From Lenisia limosa (Eukaryota; Protista; Breviatea), in the NCBI GenBank assembly GCA_001655205.1, contig LPNZ01008880.1, forward strand, positions 1 through 64,000: DNA of 64,000 nucleotides, written 5' to 3'. Both the position numbers and the translations under genes were made by a program. This document shows, one piece after another, positions 51,216-64,000 of this stretch. Numbering within the stretch: the first letter of the stretch is position 1; each line of letters begins with the position of its first letter. The notes under the pieces are model-generated. The model made no database searches and was not told where the DNA came from. It saw only the letters and a program-made list of their open reading frames with translations.

Positions 51216-54200
51216 TTATTCTACCATACCATACCAATGGGCTAAATGATAACAAGGTAGACATGGCTGGTGTTTTCCGATATTCTCAATGCGAGGGGGG
51301 CGATTCGAGTCGTTGGGAGGCATGGAGGAAGATGGTTGACCGACTAAAGCGTTAATTGAAGCTGGGAACGGGGGGGAACGCTTTAGTGCCCCACACACTA
51401 GTTTATTGACAAATGGAGAAGGACTTGCAATGACCGATGAGCATCGCACGTTCATTTGTTTGAGAACTTCAAAGACAGTCAAGTCGCTTGGTGCAAAAGC
51501 CTTCGAGGGTTACAACGATTGACGAGAGAGAATGTTGACACAATTGAAGTGTAAACCCACCTCCATGACACCATGTCTGCTGATTAAATGGACTTTCAAG
51601 AGCGCGGGCGGAGATGGGAGCTGAAGTAGAAAATATCGTTAAACACTGGCAAAAGTGATTCATAAGAAACAGATGCCGCTTTATGCCCTTAATAAGAGAC
51701 AATAGCAGCATTCAATTCGCTCCAGCAAGGATCCATGATCACCTTGTACTGAGCAGAGACCGGCGGACGTGTCGCCATACACGGGATTGTGGACAGAAAT
51801 GTTACGCAGGCTTGCGTGGACTGTCGAAATGTTAGATATCGCAGCGTTAATAGAACCAGGGCCTATGACCTCACTTTTTGCGGCTGTATGTGCGGCGGCG
51901 TGTGAGAAGGAAGGGAAAAGAGTCCACCAGGTCGAGCTGTTGTGAAAAACGGTGGTACTAAGAGGTAAGGTGCATATGAGCGTTCAAATTTCACAATCAC
52001 TTAAAACTTGATCAGTCCCAGCAAACCAGGAACGGGAAGGGGAGTCATCTGATTCCATGAAAGGAGTATGAAACATTAGCATAAACAACATAAGAAAAAC
52101 CCTGACCTGTTGAGCTATTCTATCGGGTCGGAAAGCAACCGGCCGTGTGGGGTAGGGCGCAGTAACCACGGGTGTAGGATTCTGAATCGGACGCGGAACT
52201 GGGGGTGACGAGTTAAATATTCGGGTCTGCGGCTGCGGCTTTGGGGACTCAACGGGCTGGAGGGAGACGGCCGGAGGAGTCACTGTTCTCTCCCGTTCCG
52301 GGGCGACTACTTCTAGTTTGGGTTGAGGCTGCGGCACCGGGGGCTTTGGCTCGGACTTGGCAACTTCAAATATGAGGAATGTAAAATTTATCCGACTGTG
52401 GACAGCTTCGACCAGATACCAATTTCATTTCTCATCTCTACGTCCCCCCCCCCNNNNNNNNNNNNNNNNNNNNNNNNNNNNNNNNNNNNNNNNNNNNNNN
52501 NNNNNNNNNNNNNNNNNNNNNNNNNNNNNNNNNNNNNNNNNNNNNAGGTATCGGAGAACGAAATTATCTGAAGAAGTAAGCGGCTTGGCAATTATGGAGT
52601 ATATCCTCTGCCCAAGCCTACTTTGCGGCACCTTCTGGTCGTGCCTCATGATGCGAATGGAGGCATGGTTGGGCTGCGGGTTCGATACTTTGGAAGTCAG
52701 GTACGTTCCAGGAACATCTGTGGGGGAGGTGAGGGAGCAAAATTCATGAAACAAACAAAACAAACAAAGCCCAGGCCAGTGGGAGGGGTAAAAACAACTT
52801 TTTGGGTAGATATTAGCCAGGGAAGAAAAAAAACCAAAGTAAAACGGGCACAATCAAGAGTGTGTGCCTACTTTGAAGGACTTCTTCCTTAGAGCCGAAG
52901 CCATAGTCCTTGGCCTTGCTGACTAGTGGTAGCAGGGTCGGTAGCTTGACTCCCTAAAGATATAATAAAACACGGCACGGGTATGGCATGTCAAAGATAA
53001 GAGGAAAACGTAGCCTACCTCAACGTATTTCTTATTAATTTCTTTTCGAACTTCAATTGTCAGTCTAAAGCCGTCAGAAAGCCACAAATAGGGCTTCCCT
53101 GGTCCGACCGGTAAAATATCGATAGTTATCGAGGATTTTCAGAGAAATTTAGTCTTTTTTGGGACCGTAAGCCAGCCACAAGTGATGAAACAGGGTTCCT
53201 ACCCCCATTATCAAATTAACAATTACTAGTGCCCACTTTATGAACTTGGTTTTCTGAGGGGTCGTGAGGGGCAGCCAGGGGTCATATAGCACTGGACCTG
53301 CAGACAACTCAGCCTCGGGCGGCCTGAACAGTGTGAAAAGAACAATAATCCTATTAAACAGCTGCTGTTGTCGAGAATGAAGAACATATTTTCAAGCCTA
53401 CTCAGCTAGTCCAAACAGTCTGTGCTTTGGGAGGAAGCCAGTGTCATTTTCAACCATCCACGGGATTGCTATGAGATCAAAAAGAGCTGAAGCACAGCGA
53501 AGAAACCCCAGGAGGAAGAGAAATGAAAAGGCTGATATTTGAAGGGGGGGNNNNNNNNNNNNNNNNNNNNNNNNNNNNNNNNNNNNNNNNNNNNNNNNNN
53601 NNNNNNNNNNNNNNNNNNNNNNNNNNNNNNNNNNNNNNNNNNNNNNNNNNNNNNNNNNNNNNNGTTGCTGCTGAAGCTGTACTTCTCACAGTCAAAAGGA
53701 CCCAATCGGTTCAAGATTAAACAAATTCCTTCAAGTGGCAGCGGCTACAGGATCAAATCAGAATTATGGAAGAGGAATAAAAGATAAAAACACCCACATG
53801 GTTGGAAAGCAAAGCAAATAATGAGACCAACACCATACAATGGGGACAAAACAACAAAAAAAGGAATGGGGGTATTTGTTGGTGTAGCCTCACCTCTCTG
53901 ATAGCACTCATTTGTTTGAGAAGTTCAATGGAGAAGTCACAGGCAATACGTTGCGACGTTTTATTGGGGATGCGTGAAGCATTTGGAACAGCAAATAGGG
54001 CTGGGAGGATAAATTTCTTCTCAAAAAGGCTTTTCTTGATACAAATAAAAATGAACATGTTATACATACAGTATCTAGGTTTTTCAGTCCATTCTTACGG
54101 TTAGACGTCAAGACCATTGGGGGTGTGGTTTGAAACATACAGTAGACGTCTTCACTCGGCATAAAACATATCTAAAGAGTCAGCACCTCAAAACAGCTTG

Positions 54201-57200
54201 TCCTCTTGTTTCTGTCATATCCTGTGGTTCCGGCTTGATACCGGATGGCCTGTCCCGGAAAACACAAAGAGAAACACTGCGAAAAGGAGGAGAATGACTT
54301 GACAAAAGCAACACCCAGCTCACAGAAGATGGATTTGATTTGGGGTGGCTAAAAATACCAGGAATTGTGAGCATCAGGTGTAAACATTCTTTTTTGCTCC
54401 ACTTTTGGTAGATGCTTTTCTGGGAAAGTAAAACAAGAAAGACAACAATAAAGAGTGAGAGTCAAATAAGCCCATCAACAAACCAGGGAATCCGGAATTT
54501 TGAACGTAGCATCGTTGATTGGGAACATTTGTGATGGCTTTTGGCTCTTCTTTCTCTGTATAATCAGGTTACAGCATTCAACCAGGCATCCAGTTTACTC
54601 CTTCCCGAGGGCCTACCTGCTTCATAACGGCATGCGCAATATTCGCTTGGGCAGATCTCAGGTGCCGCACTATGGTGTCTTGCTCCACAATCTGAGGGTC
54701 AGAAATGTTCTTTTCCGAAATTGTCCAAAAGGTGGGAGAGCGACACGCAAAATAGAAAAACATGGCCTTGTGCTCATATTCCTATCATAAATATACAAGT
54801 TCATCAGATAAAGGGGTCTTCACCCAACTAACAGGGCTGTTTTCTTCCTCTCCTCGACCTTCCGGAACAGCAAATAAGTGGTCAGCCACCCATGTTCGTC
54901 TAAGAAAGTTAAGACGGGAATATCAAACGAAACTCAAAGGGGGTAGTGATTTTTGAGATGCTGAGACACCAAATACACATTGGAGTCCCCAATACCCGTT
55001 TAATGTGGCCAAGCCCGCAACCCAAATGCCAGGGTGGATGACCATAGTGTTAAGTCGCGACCGTGTGTGGACATTGATCTTCACAAACTCCGTCCCTATA
55101 GATCATGAAGAAGCTGATTGATTTCGCTAAAATGTGTTTTGTGTTATCAGCATAATATTCAATGAGCAAGAACCAGTAGTAGTAATAGTGCCCCATGAGA
55201 GCCCTTCAAACCTCCGTCAGAGAACTCGACCTTGACCCTTGCCTCTCCCTTAGCTCCATCTGTGCTCACAATGTGCCCGAAAAATAGCATCTCATCTTCC
55301 CGTCTCGCCTGACCAATAAGAACAAGTCGTCACTCAGAAAAATAATTTGACAATACCATGGTGTTAGAAAGAGCCTTTAAAACAAAACAAAAACAAAATC
55401 TGTCTCATGAACCCCTTCTTCGCCAACATTGATAAATCTGTCTCATGAACCCCTTCTTCGCCAACATTGATAAATACTCTTGCAATGTCAATATTGAGTC
55501 CAGCAATGCAAATGTTTGGTACGCGCTTTAGCCACGAAGCACCCTGAAGGAGTCACAGATAAAACAACGTGAAACAAAAATATTCCGCAAAAGCCAGCTA
55601 AGACTTGACAGGAGCAATAGACATGGAATGCAACGAGATAGAGAAGCCGCATACTGGACTGTACTTCGGATAAGTCTTTCGGAAGTTGTTAACCAGTTTC
55701 ATAGCTCGGAGCCCTTGCCCGCCAGAATACAAACTTTCTTTCACAAAGGAAACAAAAATGGTCTGTGCAGGGTTCTGAATACATAATGGAAAGATAATGA
55801 CAGCTTCCAATGTTATTCCAAAGAATCCATGATTAATGAGAGGGGGGTTTTCCCACCAAAGAAGAAGAGGATTTTTTCGTGGTGAAGGGGCTGCTCTCGG
55901 GCCGGGTAAAGAAGTATTTGATGATGAAGTCCTCTCCCTCCTGCGGCTGCCGAGGGGCAACCCTTCACTGTAAGAAGGCTTGGAGGCTCCAAATAGGCTA
56001 ACAAAGGACACTCCCACCCCACTTTTCTGTTTTTTTCTCTGTTTCGACTTTAGCTTCTTCTTTGATGATATCCATATTCTAAAGGTTGGTAAAAACAGCA
56101 CATTATTCGGGAGGGAACAAGAGAAACAAAAGCAAAGTTCCAGCTTTACTTTGATGAGTGAAGGAGACTCTATGAAGGGAGCATCATTTCCACAGGCAGC
56201 CGCAATAATAGGCAAACTAGCAGCATTTGGGACAAACACCTGGTTCGAATGAAAGGAATACAGGAATATACCGACCCCAGCATAACTATATCATAACTCT
56301 CATCACTATTGCATTGTCCATTCTCAAATGATAATCCCATAAATCAGCTGACCTGGCTGTCGTTGATGATTTCGTCTTCTTCATCACTGGATATGTAGAG
56401 GTCTTCAACACTGTAGCCCAATGACAGCAGCTTCATGTTCTTCTCCGCAATTGAGGCTATGGATGTGAATATACCACCTTTCTCTCACCTATCATTTTCA
56501 ACAACAGTTTCTCAGAAACAGCTCCAACCGTCTGTCTACTTGGAATCAGACGCAGGGGGATCAGATCATTGTGACTATCTTCCTGAATCACATCTCACAC
56601 ATAAAATAAAAAATAAAAAACAATGACTTCCCGCGCGAAAGAGGCAAATGCAAAAAAAGGGAGAAGAAATGGAAGAAAAGTTCCCCGGTCCAAAGTCTTG
56701 GACTGGACCGACGGTTGGACCTTCCATGAAGGGCCCGGCTCGGGGAAGAAAACATTTCAGCCCGGTCGCGGTGAAGGATTAGTAACTCTTTTGGTACTCT
56801 TTTGAGATCACTCTATAGTTGCTCTACGGCTGTTGTGTAAAAATTAAACCCTTTTAACATTTCAAATGAGGCTCCAATGTTAATCAACTCACGACATTCC
56901 AGTGTTACTTTATAGTATCACTTCCAAGCCCTCTTAGCCGCCTCGGGGCAAACTTAATGGACCTAAATTAGTTAAAGATACCTAAAGAAGGTTAGTGTTT
57001 TGAATCCGACTCAGCGGACCCCCTAAGGGTCCACCTGTCAACACGTATGAGGCAGAACCTGAGCCTCAACCTCGATGGGATTAGGAAGAATGATCTTGAG
57101 GTCATTTCTGAGGGTACCACGCCGACACCTCTCTTTGAGAAGTCTACAAAGCCAAAAACAAAGTAGGAATTTCTCTGGTTGAATCCGTATTGCCTCTTTT

Positions 57201-57399
57201 CCGCGGAGTTTTTCCTGACTTTTTCAGGCCATCTGATGCTCTTCCTTCCTCAATGTCACTTTCTGGTGCAGCAGGCATATCGGTAGGTGGGAAACTATCA
57301 CACTGATACTTGGCATAAATATCACGAGGAAGATGTGGCGGATATGTCGTAGCTTATGTCGGGAATGGTGGATCCAAGGTAATCAAGCTTGAAATTCAT
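51216..57399 (-). CDS. Long hypothetical multi-exon gene (possibly two genes) with Pro-rich linker
   Basis: Probable start MNFKLDYLGSTIPDISYDISATSS. Many GT-AG-bounded open segments, e.g. EKNMKLLSLGYSVEDLYISSDEEDE, ORF 55598-56239 and Pro-rich ORF 51984-52337. No family recognised; the boundaries are uncertain. Confidence 0.4.
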
Positions 57400-57677
57400 G
57401 AATAATCACCTGTGGTACTCTGGAGTGTTTTATAAGGTGAGGAAGATAGCCCTGAGAAGAGTGTGTTGTTGCAAGATTGATTGGAGGCTCGGATTTGGTT
57501 GACCAATTGAATGTTTGTAGCAGGGTTATTCTTTCTTAGACAATGGTGTTGCTCTGTTAATGGTATTTTGTAAAATTATTAATCCATTTGTCAGTTTTAA
57601 AACTTATTTATGAGTGTCATTTAATGATTTCTAGTTGTTATTATTTATCCGTAGGTATTACTAACATTTTAAACGTG

Positions 57678-60600
57678 ATGGAGATAACTTCGGCAAGATC
57701 AAATTTAATTGTTTCTCATACATAAAACCTCTCTCTGAAATCACTGGGTTCGTTCAAATATAGAGAAATTTACGCATGATCACAGTCCCGCCTGTTAGTC
57801 TTGTTTTTTTTTTATTATTTGCCATTGACTCCACCAGTCCCCTGAAGAAACCCTGTTTGAGGAATCGAAGTCATTCGGTCGACGTGTGTCCATCCTCCAC
57901 ATTGGGATGACTTTGGCTATGGTTGGGGAGGGGGGAATCACGATACACACACTTTGGCCTTTCTTGGGACTGACCCAATTTTTAGGTTGCATCTGATAGT
58001 ATGACCTTGAAAGAGGAATTTGGGGAAGTGACAGATCAAATTCTCCCATCTTCCATTCTTCGTGCTGGCCAGATCTTGGCAATGCTCATTCTCTGTGTCA
58101 TTTCCTTCTTCTCGAAGTTCCCTTCTTCATACTTTGTAAGCGGTTCCTTTATTTTAGCCGTTTTCTCACCATTAGACTTCGTCCAAGGTTCTTTGGAGCA
58201 TATACGTTGCTTTGGCTGCTGTTTGTCTTGCATTTGGTACGGCACTCAATTCTCCTGGCGGAATTCTTGGTTTTGTTTTGTTTGATTATTTGCTTGTCAT
58301 TTTTTGCGCAACTGAGGTAATAACTAATTTTCTTAGTTCCCAATAATTCATTTTGGTCGGACCAAGCAAGCGGAGTAGCGTGTTCAGTGTTTTCAGCCAT
58401 CTTCTCTTCCTCAGGGCTCCTGTATTCCCAAGCTGAGGTTTGCTTTTTTCCATGCTTCGTGAAGGTGTTCATTGAACATTTAATGCCACTTCATTACAAC
58501 TTCTTCTTCAATTATACTCTTGTAGTTCACAATGCGGGTGATGACTGTGGTGCTTGGACTGACGGGTTATGTGCTGGTCGTCTTCATGCCGTGGCAAGTC
58601 CCTCGTAGGGCACATGCTGATTGAATATGTCATTTGCGCGTTAATATTAACATTCCGCTGATATCCATACAATCGTTTCTGCTTTACACCTCCAGCTGGT
58701 GCCACATTCACCCTTGTGGTGGGAATGCATTTAATTGTCAACTGGGCACACGGACGCTGGTAATGGGGATATCCGTGGACTGATGCCGAAAGAGATGCGT
58801 TTTCCAAAGTCGTCCATCTTCTTGCCACTGACCGATCCAGGCTGGCGCGACAGAAGGAACGAATGGCGATAGCCTCGATCTATGAAAGAGGCCGTACTCT
58901 CATTGAACAGGAGAGAATTGACCTTTTTGTTGGGAGCGCTTTTCCAGAACATACCATTTTGGCCCTCAAGGATGTGAGTGCAGTTACTTCTTGCCGCGTC
59001 GTCGTACTTGTACCATGACTAATAACACCGCCAGGCTGGAGGTAACGTGTCGGCCGCCACTGAGTCGTACCATCAAGCTGCGATTCTCTTTGTCTACTTG
59101 GACGGTTTCGAGAACATTGCCAGAAACCAGGAGGCTAAAAATGTGGCGGGGGGCTGCTGTTTGTTTGCATTACTTTCTTCTCCCTTCCTTAACTATTTTG
59201 ACTCTCAAAAGGTAACTGAAGTTCTTGAAATGCTCTTTGGCAAGTTTGATGATGAGGTTGACCTTCATCCTGATGTTCTGAAGGTCCGAGGGAACTAATT
59301 GAATTCAGCCATGCTTAAGGTCTTCTCTCTGTGTTTTAAGTATATTTTTTGCATGCAGGATATATAATCTTGTAGATTGAGCACCTTGCAGATTGTTATG
59401 TCTGTGCAGTCGGCATCCCCCAGCCCACTTACCTCCCGGGTAAAAGGGCAATGCTGGCCGGATTGGCGCTAATCCGGCACGCCCCTTCCAGTTGGCCGTG
59501 TAAGGCTGGCGTTCACATTGGCCCCTGTGTTGCTGGTGGGGGGGGGGGTATTATGCTTCGCTGATATTCAGGCCATTGAAATGGTCGGGGAAATAGGTGT
59601 TGATGATTCATCAGAAATTCCATATTGATGCAAACACCGTGACCATTGCGTTGAATTTCCGTCTTCAAGTGACTATTCAGGAATTACTGGCTCCACAACC
59701 TTCCAATACTCCGTCCTGGGTAACGTAATGAACACAACGTCAAGAGTCGCCTCCCATTCGCCTCCAACCAAACTCGCCATTTCAAGGTTTGTTGCACCCA
59801 GCTCTTCCGTGTGTTCTTGCTTTCTGTCGTTTGACCATTTCAGCCAAGTTTTCAGCAGCCTTATTCACCCCAACCTTGACACCCCGTCTCTTCCCGCTCC
59901 CCCTGCTCTCCCCAAAGGTAGGGCTTGACTTGCTTGTACTTTTCAATACAATTGGCGCTATTTCTGCATGTTATATATGGTATATATATATTGTCAAAGC
60001 TCCGGACATCATTCAAAATCTCCGGACACATCAAAACTCCCGGACAGCTTGAATTTTCCCTATAAAAGTACTATAAACTTCATTTTCATGTTATTTTCGA
60101 AAGTAATTTCAGTCATAATCACAGGATTGAATGCGGTTTTTACATATTCTTGGCTCAAACCCAAATTAAGTCACTTGGCTACCCGTTTGCGGCCCTTAAA
60201 CTGCCACAAACAACCAAAACCGTTATAATCGGCCACATTCAAGGAATAAATGGCAACTATCCAGGAAAGTTTAAATTCACGGTTTTTTGACACTTGCTCA
60301 AAATTAAAAAAAAAAGTTGGGGAGCATTAAGAGGTCATTTTCTCTATATATTTGTATTAAACACTACCGTTGACCCATACAAGGGGTCAACTTCAAGCTG
60401 TCCGGGAGTTTTTATGTGTCCGGTGAATTTTGAATGCTGTCCGGAGCTTTGAGGACCCACATACTATTATATATATACCGATATTCTATATCGATATATA
60501 AATTTATAAATATGCATATTATATGATATATAATATGAGCTTTTTTCGCTTCATTGATTGGATTGTGTCATATTTGCAGATGGGCAGGCGGCCTTTGCAG

Positions 60601-63600
60601 CAGGCTTCAAACTTGAGCCAATCGACCCGGTGTGGCTGAAGGGGCTCGGATGGGCTCAGCTTCTCGTCGCGTCAGTTGACGAGAACGCAGGTACGGACCG
60701 GGTGTTTGTTTTGGCTTGTTCTNNNNNNNNNNNNNNNNNNNNNNNNNNNNNNNNNNNNNNNNNNNNNNNNNNNNNNNNNNNNNNNNNNNNNNNNNNNNNN
60801 NNNNNNNNNNNNNNNNNNNNNNNNNNNNNNNNNNNNNNNNNNNNNNNNNNNNNNNNACGCAACTATGAACCACAACCAGAGCTTTGCAAGCGAAATCACT
60901 GAAGGTATTGCCACAATATGACAGGCCCATTTCGGAATCCTCGTTTTCCCTCGATTAACAGAGCAGCGAGATCCGCTGTCGCCTTGGATATGATCAGTGT
61001 CCCCGGTACTCCGCATTCCGACCGACGGAGCTCAGGCTTTCACGACTACAATGCGAACCGCAGAGAGTCAACCTCTTCCGGCCGCCGCACTCACTGTAAG
61101 AACGGTCCTTTTTGATTTTGTTGCTGTAAAAACGGTCCTTTTCGTCTTGTGTTGCTGACTTTGAGCAAAGTAACCTTTCAGACTCAGCAGAAGTATCGCC
61201 CTCTCTCTCGGCTTCTCCCGCACCCGCCCTGAGCCCCGTCTCTAGTAAGCCTCCCTTCCCTGACGACTGACTTACCCCCAGACGCCTTCCTGCCACCGTC
61301 CCTTGCGAAGTACCGGCCACGCGCCCAGTCGAGTGGCGCTATGTCCGCTCAATCTGGTGGGCTACCTGCTCATTTGCAGCTTAAAAAGGCGCCCTTACGC
61401 TTCAGACATGTCGGCGTGCTCTTCCCTGTCGTCGGTGGCATCCTACAACTCTCAGATGCCGATTGGAACGCAGAAACCTAAGGTCATTTCTTCCGCCTGG
61501 TACAGCAGCGACTCTTTGGTGGGTATTGCCCCTCTTTATTATGGAGTTGTATGGAGTTGAAGGACTGATCCTTTTCGTACCGCGTGAAGCCCTATTGTTT
61601 TGCATTACCCTTTCAGGCCTCAGCAGTGATCAACAAGATCAAGCTTCACAGAGTGACACAGTCGTATCAGCTGTCACTTGATTCTACCTTACTGTAAGTG
61701 AGATTGATAGTGAAATGTTAGTCCATCTTGAACGACTCATTGAATAGAAACGTGACCAAATCCAAAGAAAAGAAATCGCAAAGCAATGTCAAGAAAGGAG
61801 GTTGGTGTGGAACCTGGAATTCTCGTGATTCTTTTTATCTTTTGCCGTTAGCTCATTACTTCACGCATTCTTTTTATCATTACTTCACGCATTCTTTGAC
61901 CGGCCAGGATCCTCCCTTCTCAGTCCGTGTTCCTCGCACCACGGCACAGAACATTCCTATCTGCAGTCGCCAAAGTCCAACGCCAGTCATCTGCGATCCA
62001 GATCCACCACCGGTGGGCCATGCCTTCGGACTGCAATAGTGAATATCCAAGCCGGGCATTGGAAGTTCTGACCTCCCCCAGGTATATCACAGGAGCCCGA
62101 TACTGAAAAGGAGGTGCTGACCCTGGAGGAGGGATTTATGGCAGAGTCTGGAATCGCAGGAGTGAAGTATGTTTCAAGTTCTTCCTCATTTTGAGTTGTC
62201 AAGTGTTGTGACTTTTCAGGCTTCTCCAACGGGTATCTCTGTCCATTGCTATCTGCGCCTTTTTATATGCTCTTTTTAGCTTTAGCATAGGAGGGTAGGC
62301 ATTAAGCTGATTGTTTCAAGTGTCAACTTATCTTTCCAGACATAGAGCGTGGACAGGACTAGTTATGATGGCAAACTCGTTGTGGATGTGTTACATCTAC
62401 TTGGCCATCCGCTTTGCAACCAAGTGGATGCTGAAGCACTACCATCTCAGTTGGCGGGCCTCAAGTAGTCGACATCTAATATGACCTGATCAGGCCCCTC
62501 AGCCTTCATCGCGTTTATTCACCGTTCAGACATCTTCCTGACAAACCTCTGGTTTCTTATTTGGAACCTGAGTCTGACATACTACGGCATTCGCTTCACT
62601 GGATATGTTGGCGGATGAGCCCTTGCATTGTTTTTGTTTTGATCCAATCTCTTGACTCACACTCTAGGATGGTTCATACAATCTGATTGTTGTCATAACC
62701 GGTTAGTCTCCAAGGTTTTTGTTTCTAAAAAGCGATCAAAGTCCTCACGGGACCAATATGACTATGAATCTGGCGCATACCCTTTTAACACCGCAGGGGC
62801 GAACGTTTTAATGTCAGCTGCACGAACGCCAGTGTACCGAATAGCCAGCATGTACTTCATGTACTGGTGGATTAGTCTGTTCTACACGTACCATTTCGAC
62901 ATGCCAATCAGCATTACTTGTGGGCTAGTAACACTCTTTCAAGCGCTTCCCGCCAACAATCTTGTATAACCCTTGTAGTGAAACGACAAGGCATCCTTGG
63001 CATTTCATTTCTGGCATCTACGATGTCAGCCTACTCATTAGAAAAGCGGCTACGCATTAGATACCTCACGCAGGCACAGGTATGCGACTTTCCCTTCCAG
63101 GCTTGTTGATACCAACCTCTCACAATGCAGCTTATTTTGGACTTCACTGCGTCGCAATCTCTTCTCAACTCCATGCTCCCGACTCACGTGGTGAGTAAGC
63201 TGCTTGGCCATGCGGATAATGAAGAGTCCACCACCTCGAGATCCACGAACGAGAGCTCCAATGGAGTCACAATGACTGGACGTTTCAGTGGGTGTTGAGA
63301 TGCTAAATGTTCTATCGTGTTCTTGATTTCCATTCTCAGTTGTGGATCTTTCCAACAGCAACATTGACGATCCAGCCTCGCTGCACACTCAACACACCAC
63401 CATCCGAACCGGCAGTGTGAGTGCTATGCAGACCGAGCGGAAGCTGTCCGTTTTGGACAACAACAGAGTCAGTCTTGCTGCTATCATGAGCCAACTCAAG
63501 GTTAGCTCCAGAGGGGATTTGATGAGATGTTGCGCCCATTTCTGCGACCTTGACAGGATAGATCGGTAGTGACGAGTCATCTGTACGTACGGAAGTGGTT

Positions 63601-64000
63601 GACTCCTTGAAGGACGTTTCCGTGTTCCAAGTTAGTTCCCATCAATTTATAACAGCAAACAGTCTACGGATAACACGTGGTAATGACTCTGTAGACCGAC
63701 CTTGTGGGCTTCACCAACACTGTGTCAAAAGAAACCCCACAAAGAACATTGATGCTCGTCAATTCTGTTTTCACTCTTCTTGATAAGTGAGCAGGTTCTC
63801 CACCATCCGTTGACGTTATCATCCTTTAGGCGTCTGGCGAAGTACCCGTCGTTGTTCAAATGGGGCACCATTGGGGACTGTTTTGTCTGCATCGGCGGCC
63901 TCCCCGGCTTCCAAGGCAAACATGAGGAGGACATCCTGAACTTTGCAATGCGGGTCACTGAGGTTGCCGGGGTATTATGGCTAACTGCTATGGAGCTATT
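57678..64000 (+). CDS. Membrane-bound class III nucleotide cyclase, TM-cyclase-TM-cyclase architecture, probably guanylyl cyclase; 3' end outside window
   Basis: TM exons at 58.0-58.7 kb. Domain 1: AILFVYLDGFENIA, LEMLFGKFDDEVDLHPDVLK/IEHLADCYVCAVG, KAGVHIGPCVAG/ITGSTTFQYSVLGNVMNTTSRVAS. TM exons at 62.3-62.6 kb. Domain 2: VSVFQ/TDLVGFTNTVSKETPQRTLMLVNSVFTLLD, FKWGTIGDCFVCIGGLP. Confidence 0.85.
59994..60452. mobile_element. MITE-like element with about 60-bp TIRs built of three CCGGACA subrepeats, in a cyclase intron
   Basis: Left TCAAAGCTCCGGACATCATTCAAAATCTCCGGACACATCAAAACTCCCGGACAGCTTGAA is the inverted match of right TTCAAGCTGTCCGGGAGTTTTTATGTGTCCGGTGAATTTTGAATGCTGTCCGGAGCTTTGA. No clear TSD. 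Confidence 0.7.

Overview
This is intron-rich eukaryotic genomic DNA with short GT-AG introns (some about 29-31 nt), compact and often divergent gene spacing, and many N-gaps next to poly-G/poly-C runs. The standard code appears to be used, plus one probable Sec-UGA. A mitochondrion-targeted HydF and an Fe-S class I fumarase point to an anaerobic or microaerophilic protist with a hydrogen-producing mitochondrion-related organelle; the species cannot be named from the sequence. Genes in order: partial hypothetical protein, PI synthase, a ~14 kb ATR-like PIKK kinase, a coiled-coil protein, a furin-repeat type I surface protein, a hypothetical protein, katanin p80, class I fumarate hydratase, a DUF4395-like membrane domain apparently spliced in frame to a high-Mr thioredoxin reductase ending GC-UGA-G-stop, HydF, an MLF-like protein, CCDC22, a long hypothetical gene, and a two-domain membrane nucleotide cyclase with inverted C1/C2 roles. 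There are three pieces of a deleted Tc1/mariner family and several MITE-like elements. The best candidate for a new system is the membrane-anchored DUF4395-TrxR selenoprotein with a non-canonical GUGA/CC SECIS-like hairpin, lying between fumarase and HydF. All exon structures were assembled by eye; some gene ends are approximate.
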